Positions 1 to 9,175 of a stretch of 64,000 nt of DNA are shown here, in pieces. The notes under the pieces are model-generated. The model was not told the origin of the DNA. It was given only the letters and a program-made list of their open reading frames with translations, and did no database searches. A program made the position numbers and the translations under genes. Source of the DNA: Rubripirellula sp. GTDB lineage: Bacteria > Planctomycetota > Planctomycetia > Pirellulales > Pirellulaceae. The first letter of the stretch is position 1; every line of letters starts with the position of its first letter. Location: contig OZ244207.1 in NCBI GenBank assembly GCA_965216875.1, positions 7,872,001-7,936,000 of the forward strand. Reading direction: 5' to 3'.

Positions 1-443
1 CATCCAAAGGCATTCTCATCTCCAAACCAAGGGCGGGGAAAACCGGTGGGCAACTGATGTGCCCACTTGCTGACATCACTTTCGAGGGAATAGGGCCAGT
101 TGTCGGTCCGCCCTTCCATCAAGATCACCGGCATGCCAGCCGCTTGCGCGGCAAGTGCTGCAGGGATCATCGAATCGGAAAGTTGAAAGTGCTGGCACAG
201 ACCTCGGTCGCCGAGCACCTTGCGGTCAGCGTCCGACAGTTCACCGAAACCAGCCCCTTCCCACACGATCATCGGCAAGCGATCACCGCGCGGGTGTTTG
301 AGCGGCGGAACCTCGGCGGCGATCTGATCGATCCATCGCGCGGCGGATGGATCGTTTGGCGCGGGCTGGTCGGTCTGTTGCCATCCGCGTGCCCGGCCCG
401 TTAGGAGGACAAGCAGCGTGATGGCGACAAGAAAACGGTTCAT
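1..443 (-). CDS. Hypothetical secreted protein, 5' part only (runs off the left edge)
   Basis: Manual translation from ATG at 443 gives MNRFLVAITLLVLLTGRARGWQQTDQP..., a signal-peptide-like N-terminus. The frame stays open to position 1. It starts 10 bp after the stop of the 454-1410 gene on the same strand. Not in the ORF track because it has no stop in the window. Confidence 0.75.
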   Translation of the reverse strand, partial: MNRFLVAITLLVLLTGRARGWQQTDQPAPNDPSAARWIDQIAAEVPPLKHPRGDRLPMIVWEGAGFGELSDADRKVLGDRGLCQHFQLSDSMIPAALAAQAAGMPVILMEGRTDNWPYSLESDVSKWAHQLPTGFPRPWFGDENAFG

Positions 444-453
444 TCCCTACTCG

Positions 454-1410
454 CTAAAGCGACTCGACAAATGCATCGTAGCGGGTTTGGATTTCGGGGA
501 CCGAAGGAGAATCGCCTTCGCTGACGATGAGCCGGTATTTCATTTCAAGCGGACTCGCTTCGGTGAGCTTCGTTTTGAAATAGGTTCCGAACCGGCCGTA
601 AGGACGCTCGGAAAAGAGTGCTGGCTTGGGCAGATTCGGATTGTCAAAGTACTCGACGGTGTAACGCTTGCCATCGATTTCATAGGTGTTGGCGAACCAC
701 GTCAAGTTGATGTGGGGTGGTGGATTGCCTTTATCGCCGACCTGGATCGCGTCGGGATCTTGAGGGAAGTTTGCCGGACGAAGGTAGGTTGACCCGTTCG
801 AATCGGCGACCGATTGAGCAGCTCGGAATTGGAAGCCTGCGTGTTGGCGGTCACCCGAGAGCGAGATGTCGCCGCGTTGGGATTCCAGCTTGGTCGACCA
901 GTCAATTTGCCAGCCTTGGGTCGTCGGCTCGCGATGCACCGTGACGGTGCGTGTTTCTTGAATTACCGCATTGCCTTCAGGATCGTTCCAGTGGATCTCG
1001 GCAGTCATCGTGCCATGTTTGGAATCGGCGGATTGGTCATGGAATTTGACGTGTCGTAGGTGAGCACCCTTTTTGCAATGCCAGAAGTCGAGCGTCTTGC
1101 CTTGAAAGTTTGTGCGGTTCCAACCGACGAACATGCCGCGGTGGTGAGTGAATTTGCCGCCGGCGCCTTTGGTGATTTGCTGTCCGCTCGAAGGTCCAAA
1201 AACGTGATGGAAGACTTTGTAGGTGTCGTGCACTTTTTGGTCGTTGGAGGTGTCATAGTCGAACATGTAACGGAGGACTGGTTGGTCACCGTAAAGCAGA
1301 TCGGCAGTGCCCGCTTTGGCGTCGGTTTCCCAACGAAACGACTCGCCCCAGAGAGCGGTCGGAAGGCAGGTCAAGGCGAGCAGGGGCAAAATGCGGAGGG
1401 TTTGAAGCAT
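454..1410 (-). CDS. Secreted DUF6807 / 'PmoA-like' family protein
   Basis: Signal peptide (LRILPLLALTCLPTALWG). Motifs FHHVFGP..G..IT, HHRGMFVGW, DFWH, HAGFQFRA and RPYGRFG resemble this PVC/Bacteroidota family. Starts 2 bp after the stop of the 1413-5219 gene. Confidence 0.65.
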   Translation of the reverse strand: MLQTLRILPLLALTCLPTALWGESFRWETDAKAGTADLLYGDQPVLRYMFDYDTSNDQKVHDTYKVFHHVFGPSSGQQITKGAGGKFTHHRGMFVGWNRTNFQGKTLDFWHCKKGAHLRHVKFHDQSADSKHGTMTAEIHWNDPEGNAVIQETRTVTVHREPTTQGWQIDWSTKLESQRGDISLSGDRQHAGFQFRAAQSVADSNGSTYLRPANFPQDPDAIQVGDKGNPPPHINLTWFANTYEIDGKRYTVEYFDNPNLPKPALFSERPYGRFGTYFKTKLTEASPLEMKYRLIVSEGDSPSVPEIQTRYDAFVESL

Positions 1411-1412
1411 GG

Positions 1413-4400
1413 CTATTTGGAGTGTTGTTGGTGGGAGGGGTGTTGGTGAGATTGTTGAAGGTGAGACGGCAACTTGTAGCCGCCCGATTGAATCAGCGTC
1501 ATCAAGTCGTTGATTTCCTCTCGCGTGAGTACGTCAAGCAAGCCGCTCGGCATCGCCGACACCTTTGATTTGACCTGCTGATCGATGTCCTCTTTGTTGA
1601 CGCGAGTCAGTTTCTTTGGAGTCAGGAAGTTTGTCATCACCGCAAAATGATCTTTGGCATCGTGGGCGATGACGCCCGAGACAACGCGGCCGTCGGCCAA
1701 CAGGAATCGCTGCATCTGATACTTTTCGTGAATCTCGCTCGAAGGCTCGAGCAGTTGCTTGAGCAGCTTTTCGTCCTTGTACCGTTTGGCGACCTCTTTC
1801 AGGGCGGGACCGAGATTGACGCCGTGCCCCGCCAAGACGTGGCACTGGTTGCAGTTCGCTTTGGCAAACGCGGTCATGCCGCGCGCGACAGACGCGTCGG
1901 TTGGTTCAGCGGTTTGGAAGCCTTCGAAATCGGCAAGTTTCCACTGCTTGACGATTTTCGGGCGGGCTGCGGCGACCATGCGATCGACCTCTTTCAAGTC
2001 GTTGGCAACCACCATCACCCCTTTCATCACCACCCAGTGTCCCGGGAAGGTGCAAACGTAGGGATAGATCCCAGGTTCTTTGGGCGCGTGAAAGCGAAAC
2101 ACGTGGACTTGCGATTTACGTGTTGGCCCAATCATTTTCGAGGCGTGCAGAATCAACTTGCGTTTTGATTTGGGAATGAAATCCGAATTGGCGAACTTGG
2201 GATCCTTGGCCATTTCGTTTGCTGCGATGCCAACCTCTTCGAGGGCTCCGGGTTGGACAATCACCAGGTTGTGGTCAGTTGCATCGGGATTGGAAAAGAC
2301 GATCTTGACCGGTTGACCGGTAAGCACTGCGAATTGTTCTTTCGTGTACTTCATGACCTCGGGGACACACGAAATACGGAACGTCGCCAAGTTCTTTTGC
2401 GTGTCGAATTGGGCCTCGGGCGCGCTCGGCGTCGGTTCACGCAACTGCGCTTGCTTCTTGGCGTCGCGTAGCAATTCGGCGACTTTGTACTTGGGGTTGT
2501 TTTCCCAGTAGGGGCGAAGCGTTCGGCTGCCCAATGCGCATGTGACTGCGTAGGCCAAGTGGCCTTCACTGGGATGGTTCAGAACTTCGAGTACCGCTTG
2601 GAATGCGTCTTCAGTACCGATGTAGCTTGCCGCGATCGCCGCTTGCATGCGAACCATCGGGGCCGGGTCGCCAGCAGCCCGCTGGAGCGCGTCGATTCCG
2701 TTGGGCAGCAGGTGGTGCCAGTACCGCAACTGCTGGGTTGCTGCGGCACGAGCATGGTGGTCGTCGCAAGACAAGAGTGCGTCTAGGAGGTCGACGTTGG
2801 TTGCTTTGATGCCGCGATAAACCCAGACCGCTTCGAGTTGATGGTGGCGGAATCGCGGATCGGCGACATCAAGGTCCTTGACCCATTTGTCCAAGGCGTC
2901 TTTGACTTCGGCGGCGTTACGTTCACGCAGTTCGCGGCGAACCCAATAGCGAATCCGCGACTCCGGGCGTTTGAGTTGTTCGATCAGCTCGACGACCGAA
3001 GCCTCGGCGATCTTGGGCGGATCTTGCAGCGGCTTGTCTTTGCAGGTGATCCGCCAGATACGTCCTGAATGTCGGTCGCGGCGTTCGTCGCGTAGTGAAT
3101 ACTGTGCGTGGCCTTTGACTGGGTTGTACCAGTCGCAAACGTACATCGCGCCGCGCGGACCGTAGCGAATGTCGACGGGAATGAAACTCAGGTTCGACGA
3201 AAAGATCAGGTCGCTGACGTATTCTTCGTCGTAGCCGAAAGGGCCCTCTTTCCAGCGATGGATTTCAATGCGGTTGGTCGGTTTGTAACGTGCCTTGATG
3301 AAGCCGCCCTGAAGGTCGTCGGGGAACGTTGCAAAGTCGACAAACTCTTGCCCACACGTCCCCGAATAGGCTCTCAAGCCGACAGGTTTCGGATGTTGTG
3401 TCGGGTAGGGCGGATCAAGTGAATGGAAAGCTTCGGCAAAGATCGGATGACTGGCAACGTGTTGTCCCCAATCATCAAAGGTGACTCCCCAGGGATTGGT
3501 GCTGTGGTAAGACCCAAAGCTGGTGAGCTTTTGCGAATCAGGCTCGAAGCGAAACCAACCGCTGTTCTGTTGTCGCACCGGTCCGTAGGCCGTTTCGACT
3601 TGCGAATGGTGGAAAATCGATTCGCGGAACACGAGGTCACCGTCGGGCGACCAGATGAAATCGTGCAAAGAGTGGTGGGAGTCCTCGGTGCCAAAACCAC
3701 TCAGGACTTGTCGTCGATAATCTGCCTTGCCGTCACCGTCAGTGTCTTTGAGGAATGTCAGGTGTGGTTCCTCGGAAACGTAGACGCCACCATCCCCCAA
3801 TTCGAATGACAGCGGGATGTGAAGGTCGTCGGCAAAGACGGTCGACTTGTCGGCTTTCCCGTCGCCATCGGTGTCTTCCAAAATGACAAGCTGGTCGTTC
3901 GGTTCCTTGCCGGGATAGACATGCGGGTAGGTCGTAGAACAGGCAACCCAAAGTCGGCCTCGGTCGTCCCAACGCATTTGGATCGGCGCGGCGATATCAG
4001 GAAACTCTTCTTCGCCGGCAAACAGATTGACTTCGAATCTCGGGTCGACCTTGAATTCTTTCAACTCATCGGCCGCCGACATCCAACGGTTCGCACCGCG
4101 GCTCTGCTTCGTCTCGGGCATGACCGGAACATTCGAATCGTCAACGACGGTTGGGACGGGCTGGTCTTGCGCGATTCTCCAGATCCGCTGATCCCGATTC
4201 GACGTCATGATGTCGAAGTTCCGCATCGCTGGCAGGAAATCGAGATAGCCGTAGGTCTTGCTCCGCCCACCGGTGTAGTAAAAGGTGTTCAAAGGACGGT
4301 AGCGACGAAAGTACTGGCGGTTCTTGTCGATGATTGCTTCACGCAAATCGTCACGCACCGGAGGTGATGGTTCGGCCAGGAGTTGAGAGACGAGGTCGGC

Positions 4401-5219
4401 CGCAAAGATCCCGTAGCCGGCTTCGTTGAGGTGCACGCCGTTGATCGTAAGATCGTTCTCGGGCGAAGCCATCGCCAATTCGGTTGCCTTGAACGCATCG
4501 ACGAATCCAACCTGTTGCTCGTTGGCAACGGAGCGCACGATGTCGGCATAGCGTCGCAGGTTATCGTTGTTCAGGTCGGCGGCGGGAATGCCCGAGATGT
4601 TTTCGCTGGCGATCGGCGAGATCAAAACGATCTGAGGCCCCGAACGCCCGTTGAAGGCGAGACGTTTGAGTTGGCTGACGTACCGGGTGAGCGATTGGGC
4701 GAACGCATCCGCACCTTCGGGGCCGTCAAACGATTCGTTAAATCCGAACGCAGCCAAAATGATGTCCGCTTTTTCGTGCAGCAGGTGTTGTTGCACGTCG
4801 GCAAAGTTGTCTGGTCGAGGTTGAAGATCAGGGGTGTCGGCAGGCCAAGCAAGATTACGAACGATCAGATGATGCTTGGGGTACCGCTGGTGCAGCAGTG
4901 CTTCGATGTGACCAAAGTGTTGCGAACGTTCGAGCAACATGTTGCCGATCAGCGCGACGCGCGAACCGGGAGCAAGTTTGAGCGGCAACGTGGTTTCGAT
5001 CGGCTCGGTTGTTTCGGCGCGGGGCGCGGTTGCAGCGTAGATCGCGTATTGGGCATAGACAGGATCTTCGAAAGGCGGCGTTTGGCCGGTCGCGCGGTTT
5101 CGCGCATCCTGGTTCTTGGGTTTGCTCGTTTTTGCGGATTGGGCGTGGGCTACGAGCGGCGTCGAAAGGACTGCGGTCGCAATGAGGGCGCGCAGCATGG
5201 TCGCTGTGGCTAGATTCAT
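1413..5219 (-). CDS. PVC-type membrane-bound dehydrogenase-like heme-binding protein (SGNH-like + beta-propeller + HEAT + azurin-like Cu domain + cytochrome c)
   Basis: Signal peptide from ATG 5219. SGNH-like N-domain (VRNLAWPAD, FGFNES, NGVHLN). Propeller motifs (WDDRGRLWV, EDTDGDGKAD, GFGTEDSHH, NPWG, YVCDWY). HEAT repeats, a cupredoxin site (HNLVI...CTFPGHWVVM) and CxxCH (CNQCH...GPAL). Confidence 0.85.
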   Translation of the reverse strand: MNLATATMLRALIATAVLSTPLVAHAQSAKTSKPKNQDARNRATGQTPPFEDPVYAQYAIYAATAPRAETTEPIETTLPLKLAPGSRVALIGNMLLERSQHFGHIEALLHQRYPKHHLIVRNLAWPADTPDLQPRPDNFADVQQHLLHEKADIILAAFGFNESFDGPEGADAFAQSLTRYVSQLKRLAFNGRSGPQIVLISPIASENISGIPAADLNNDNLRRYADIVRSVANEQQVGFVDAFKATELAMASPENDLTINGVHLNEAGYGIFAADLVSQLLAEPSPPVRDDLREAIIDKNRQYFRRYRPLNTFYYTGGRSKTYGYLDFLPAMRNFDIMTSNRDQRIWRIAQDQPVPTVVDDSNVPVMPETKQSRGANRWMSAADELKEFKVDPRFEVNLFAGEEEFPDIAAPIQMRWDDRGRLWVACSTTYPHVYPGKEPNDQLVILEDTDGDGKADKSTVFADDLHIPLSFELGDGGVYVSEEPHLTFLKDTDGDGKADYRRQVLSGFGTEDSHHSLHDFIWSPDGDLVFRESIFHHSQVETAYGPVRQQNSGWFRFEPDSQKLTSFGSYHSTNPWGVTFDDWGQHVASHPIFAEAFHSLDPPYPTQHPKPVGLRAYSGTCGQEFVDFATFPDDLQGGFIKARYKPTNRIEIHRWKEGPFGYDEEYVSDLIFSSNLSFIPVDIRYGPRGAMYVCDWYNPVKGHAQYSLRDERRDRHSGRIWRITCKDKPLQDPPKIAEASVVELIEQLKRPESRIRYWVRRELRERNAAEVKDALDKWVKDLDVADPRFRHHQLEAVWVYRGIKATNVDLLDALLSCDDHHARAAATQQLRYWHHLLPNGIDALQRAAGDPAPMVRMQAAIAASYIGTEDAFQAVLEVLNHPSEGHLAYAVTCALGSRTLRPYWENNPKYKVAELLRDAKKQAQLREPTPSAPEAQFDTQKNLATFRISCVPEVMKYTKEQFAVLTGQPVKIVFSNPDATDHNLVIVQPGALEEVGIAANEMAKDPKFANSDFIPKSKRKLILHASKMIGPTRKSQVHVFRFHAPKEPGIYPYVCTFPGHWVVMKGVMVVANDLKEVDRMVAAARPKIVKQWKLADFEGFQTAEPTDASVARGMTAFAKANCNQCHVLAGHGVNLGPALKEVAKRYKDEKLLKQLLEPSSEIHEKYQMQRFLLADGRVVSGVIAHDAKDHFAVMTNFLTPKKLTRVNKEDIDQQVKSKVSAMPSGLLDVLTREEINDLMTLIQSGGYKLPSHLQQSHQHPSHQQHSK

Positions 5220-5433
5220 GTCGAGAGCGTGACGGTGGGGATGTGGTCGCCAGAAAGGAAAGGCGAGCGTGGCTGGTGGCTGGTTGGACGGTAGTATAGC
5301 CAAGAGAGGGCAGGTTCACTTCGGAACGTGGCGTTTCGACGAGGCACCAGCAAGTTTCGGTCTCGGGCTGTTTGGCCTGCGGGGCTGTTTGGCTCGCCAG
5401 CGCATTGGGGAGGGCACATTTGGGTGGGCGCAT

Positions 5434-5462
5434 AAAAAAACGCCCTGTGATTCACAGGGCGT
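5434..5462 (-). terminator. Rho-independent terminator of the 74-aa gene
   Basis: ACGCCCTGTG-att-CACAGGGCGT hairpin followed by a U-run on the minus strand, about 30 bp after the stop at 5494. Confidence 0.85.
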
Positions 5463-5493
5463 CTGGGTCGATCATCAATCTTCTACTGGCGAT

Positions 5494-5718
5494 TTACTCG
5501 CGAGGGCGGATAGCACCGGTCAAACCGCTGTAATCGACGCGGTCGGTGTTGTGCCAGAGCGGTTGGCCCAGCTCGACGCGGCGGCGCAAAACTTCGATCT
5601 TGTCGGAGCTGCCAGCTGGAGCGTCAGTGGGTTCGAATTTGTCGTCCTCGTTAGGGACAAAATCTTCGTCGTGGCCGTAGCGCAAGATTGCTTCAAAGAC
5701 GTTCTTGCATTGACTCAT
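5494..5718 (-). CDS. Small hypothetical protein (74 aa)
   Basis: ATG start and protein-like composition (PTDAPAGSSDKIEVLRRRVELGQPLWH). It has its own terminator and a candidate promoter. Confidence 0.8.
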   Translation of the reverse strand: MSQCKNVFEAILRYGHDEDFVPNEDDKFEPTDAPAGSSDKIEVLRRRVELGQPLWHNTDRVDYSGLTGAIRPRE

Positions 5719-5838
5719 AAAATCAGGTTTCCCGAAACGATTGGTCGCGACAAGCTAATCCAATTAACTGTGTTGACTAAGAGGCTTTGACTTCAGGTAC
5801 GCGACCGTCCCTTGGTCGCCGTTTCACGTCACGATGTG

Positions 5839-5866
5839 ATTATTGACGTTCCGATTTCCGAGTCAA
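5839..5866 (-). promoter_or_regulatory. Candidate sigma70 promoter for the 74-aa gene
   Basis: Minus strand TTGACT-N16-AATAAT, about 120 nt upstream of ATG 5718. Confidence 0.45.
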
Positions 5867-6203
5867 GAAAATTGTGTTAACTGGGAAGCGCAGCCGCGTG
5901 AGTTGCTTGACATCGGCATATGCGAAGTTCTCGCACTCGGGGAACCTTTTCGTGTTGTGCGTTTTCGGCTTGTCGCGGAAACACAATCGACCCGCAGGTC
6001 GTCAAGGGGGGAATCACCGACATTGCTGGAAACTGGTGGTGTCAAGGCGTCCATGCTTCGCGACGTTCGGGTGGTTCGAAAACCGCGGTAAACCGCAGGT
6101 GCATTGCGCAGGCCGGTTCCATGAAGACCGGGAAACGCTACGCTTTCGGCAATAAAAAACTTTTTTGATTTTGTTCTTTTCGTGAGCTACGACACCTCGA
6201 TTC

Positions 6204-6626
6204 ATGTGGATTCAAAAGACAATTGGGCTCCCCGCTGCCCGACGCGGGTTTCATTTGGTGACCCATCACATCGTTGATGCGGTTCCCGAGATCGCAAAGT
6301 TGCGCGTTGGGTTCATGCAAGTCTTCATCCAACACACCAGCGCCTCATTGACGATCAACGAGAACGCCGACCCCGATGTCCGCGTCGATTTTGAGACCGC
6401 GATGAACCACGCTGTGCCTGAATCGCTGCCGTACGTGCACACGCTCGAAGGTCCCGATGACATGCCCGCTCATGTGAAGGCATCCATGATGGGGGCGAGT
6501 GTGTTGATTCCGATCGGCCAAGGGAGGCTGCAACTAGGCACGTGGCAGGGGATCTACCTTTGCGAACACCGTGACCGAGGGGGGAGCCGCCGTGTGGTCG
6601 TGACCGTGATGGGGGAAGAGTCCTGA
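6204..6626 (+). CDS. yjbQ: YjbQ/UPF0047 family protein (secondary thiamine-phosphate synthase)
   Basis: RGFHLVT, HTSASLTINENADPDVR.D, HTLEGPDDMPAHVKAS and LGTWQGIYLCEHR signature motifs. Confidence 0.95.
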   Translation: MWIQKTIGLPAARRGFHLVTHHIVDAVPEIAKLRVGFMQVFIQHTSASLTINENADPDVRVDFETAMNHAVPESLPYVHTLEGPDDMPAHVKASMMGASVLIPIGQGRLQLGTWQGIYLCEHRDRGGSRRVVVTVMGEES

Positions 6627-6642
6627 GCCCTTCCCCTCCGTC

Positions 6643-6689
6643 GCTTGCCAATCGGCTATAGCTTGCCAATCCGTTGGGGCTTGCCAATC
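6643..6689 (+). repeat. Three direct repeats of GCTTGCCAATC at an 18-bp period
   Basis: Cores at 6643, 6661 and 6679 in the yjbQ-folC intergenic region. Confidence 0.85.
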
Positions 6690-6778
6690 AGTGGCAAAAG
6701 AAGAAAGACTTTGTGAAGTCTTGTGAAAGCCCTTGATGTTGAACTGGTGGGAACGGTCTCCCACAACGTGGTGAGCTG

Positions 6779-8299
6779 GTGACACAATCCCCATTCGTTT
6801 CGGATCGATCCAAGTCAGATGCGAAGGCCTACGCCGACGCTTTGGGCTATCTGTTTGATCGCTTGGATTTCGAGCGTTTGTCGTCGGATACCTCTCGTTA
6901 TTCGTTTCGGCTCAACCGTATGTTCGCGCTGGCTCGCCAGCTCGGTCTCGGGGCTTATCTGTGCGATGCGGGTGAAAACCAAGCTGCCGACCGATTCAAC
7001 GCTCCAGTCCCAGAGGGGCGATCTGGCGTCGAGACGGGGTCGGCACTGCCGTTGATTCACATTGCAGGCACAAAGGGAAAAGGTTCGACCGGGACGATGG
7101 TGTCCGCCATCCTAGCCAGTGCTGGGATGAAGACGGGACTCTACTCTTCGCCCCACTTGCGCGATCTCGAGGAACGTTTCCGAGTCAATGGCATCCCTTG
7201 TTTGCGTGACGACGTGATTGCGTTGGTTGACCAAATTCGCCCCGTGGTTGATCGGTTGGTCGCCAGCGACGAAATCGCAGAGCCTTCTTTTTTTGAAGTC
7301 ACCACGGCAATGGCGTTGCTTCACTTCCAACAGGTCCAGTGTGACGCAATGGTCTTGGAGGTCGGCTTGGGCGGACGCCTCGATAGCACCAACGTTTGCC
7401 ACCCATCGGTAACCGCGATCACCTCGATTGGACTCGATCATCAGAATGTTTTGGGCAACACCGTTGCCGAGATCGCAAATGAAAAAGCGGGGATCATCAA
7501 AGAAGGCGTTCCCGTTGTTTCGGGCGTACGAGACGGTGACGCCGCTGAGGTCATTGCGGAAGTTGCCCAGCGTCATCGGGCACCGCTCTTTCAAATTGGA
7601 CGAGATTTTGACGTCGAGTCGCATCCCGACGATCGTTGGGGATCGAAGGTGACTTTTCGTGGCAATGGTCCGCTCAGAGAGTCGGCCACATTCAAGTTGG
7701 GTTTGGAAGGAAGGCACCAACCGATCAACGCGGCCGTTGCGATCGCGTGCGTCGATCTTGTTTGTGACTCGAAAGCGGGTCCTGCCACTTCATTGGTGCG
7801 GGTTGGCCAAGAAGACTCGCTTGATTGTCTTTCCGATGTTCAATGTGCCTGCCGCGTCGAACGTTTTGACCTTGCCGATGATGTGATGGTGATCGTCGAT
7901 GGAGCGCACAATGCAGATTCGGTCGCTGCACTTTGCGACTGCGTCCGTACGCGGCTGGATGGCCGACACGTGCAAGTCGTGTTTGGGACCAGTCGCGACA
8001 AGAACGCTCGGCCGATGATCGAGCAACTTTCGCAAGTGGTTGATCGACTTGTCCTGACCCGTTTTCATGGCAATCCACGGTTTCGCGCTGTTCCCGATCT
8101 CGCTGAGCTCGTTCCCGATTCCTATCGCGGCGAGGTCAAGCAGCAAGAGGATCCGATCGTTGCTTGCCAAAACGCAATCGATCTTGCCCGATCGGAAAGG
8201 CGAAATGGGCAAGGCGGTGTGGTGGTGATCTGCGGCTCGTTTTTCTTGGCCGCGGAAACCCGCTCATGGGTCGCTGAGCAAGCGAGCTTTCGTTCGTAG
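6779..8299 (+). CDS. folC: Bifunctional folylpolyglutamate/dihydrofolate synthase
   Basis: IHIAGTKGKGST P-loop, GLYSSPHL, ERFRVNG, FFEVTT, EVGLGGRLDSTN, IGLDH, EKAGIIK, DGAHN and CGSFFL. Confidence 0.95.
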   Translation: MTQSPFVSDRSKSDAKAYADALGYLFDRLDFERLSSDTSRYSFRLNRMFALARQLGLGAYLCDAGENQAADRFNAPVPEGRSGVETGSALPLIHIAGTKGKGSTGTMVSAILASAGMKTGLYSSPHLRDLEERFRVNGIPCLRDDVIALVDQIRPVVDRLVASDEIAEPSFFEVTTAMALLHFQQVQCDAMVLEVGLGGRLDSTNVCHPSVTAITSIGLDHQNVLGNTVAEIANEKAGIIKEGVPVVSGVRDGDAAEVIAEVAQRHRAPLFQIGRDFDVESHPDDRWGSKVTFRGNGPLRESATFKLGLEGRHQPINAAVAIACVDLVCDSKAGPATSLVRVGQEDSLDCLSDVQCACRVERFDLADDVMVIVDGAHNADSVAALCDCVRTRLDGRHVQVVFGTSRDKNARPMIEQLSQVVDRLVLTRFHGNPRFRAVPDLAELVPDSYRGEVKQQEDPIVACQNAIDLARSERRNGQGGVVVICGSFFLAAETRSWVAEQASFRS

Positions 8300-8350
8300 T
8301 ACCGAGCTTTGGCCGGACTCTTCGCGCATTCCGCCTGAAGGCGGGACTAC
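8296..8350. repeat. REP doublet, family A (GTAGTCCCGCCTTCAGGCGGA)
   Basis: A degenerate GTAGTACCGAGCTTTGGCCGGA (overlapping the folC stop) faces the inverted ATTCCGCCTGAAGGCGGGACTAC. That 23-mer recurs identically at 38535-38557. Confidence 0.75.
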
Positions 8351-8376
8351 AAACGGGCAGGACCAAAAACGGCGCA

Positions 8377-8937
8377 CTATCCCAGCGGCATCGTGCTGAC
8401 GAGCAGTTCGACGTCACCGAGCGGGAGGCGGGTGCGGTCAGCAATCTCGGTTGCGGTGTGCCCCGAACGAGCGAGCCGCTCGACTTCGCTTTTTTGGTTG
8501 GCGGTGATGACGCTGCTGGAAGCAGGCTCGGCCGATGGCGGAGTCTCACCTTCGAGCTGTGCAAGGTATTCGATTCGCTGGTCAAGCTGACGCATGAGAG
8601 ATTGAACCACCCCAATGCGCGTATCGAGTTCCGCCTTGAGTTCCCGCTGCAGGTCGAACATCGCGACTTGCCAGCGTTGGGTTTCGGGCGGAGCATCGGC
8701 CAACGGCAGCGCCGGTTCCTTGTGCTCACGCACCGCCGCAAGTTGCTTGCGTGCGGAGCGATTGTCGCGATTGACCCGTTTTCGGTTTTTGATTTGGCGT
8801 CGCGCGAGAACCCAGCCCAGCATGATGAAACCGGCAACCATCAGCAGCTGGGCTTGCTGCATCTCACCCTCGGCGAGCAAGCTGACTTGGGCGCAAACGG
8901 ATAGAGAGGAACTCGAAGCGAGCATGGCCAACATCAA
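8377..8937 (-). CDS. Hypothetical membrane protein with a C-terminal HTH-like segment (DUF2802/DUF6115-like)
   Basis: N-terminal TM (LLMVAGFIMLGWVLA), a coiled coil, and C-terminal LARSGHTATEIADRTRLPLGDVELL. The start is uncertain (8937, 8934 or later). Confidence 0.7.
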   Translation of the reverse strand: MMLAMLASSSSLSVCAQVSLLAEGEMQQAQLLMVAGFIMLGWVLARRQIKNRKRVNRDNRSARKQLAAVREHKEPALPLADAPPETQRWQVAMFDLQRELKAELDTRIGVVQSLMRQLDQRIEYLAQLEGETPPSAEPASSSVITANQKSEVERLARSGHTATEIADRTRLPLGDVELLVSTMPLG

Positions 8938-9175
8938 CCAAGTGCAAAATGTCTGGGCTCTGATGGCGCAGGATTAGCGCCATCGGCATACACTTGGTAT
9001 CATCGTCGCGCCCGGTGGTGGCAAAGAGTCTTGTTGAAGGAGGACGGGTTGTAGGGAATGCACCCGTTGCAGCGTGCGTAGCGACTTGCCCATCTATTCG
9101 GCCAGACGGGCCGGCTTGTCGGGCCGGCTTATCGGGCGGTCCAAAAGGCAAGATGTTCGTTTCCACTGATAACCT

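Noticed and set aside
454..1410. Methane monooxygenase function from the 'PmoA-like' family label
   Set aside because: The protein is soluble and secreted, lacks the multi-TM PmoA topology, and has no pmoB/pmoC neighbours.
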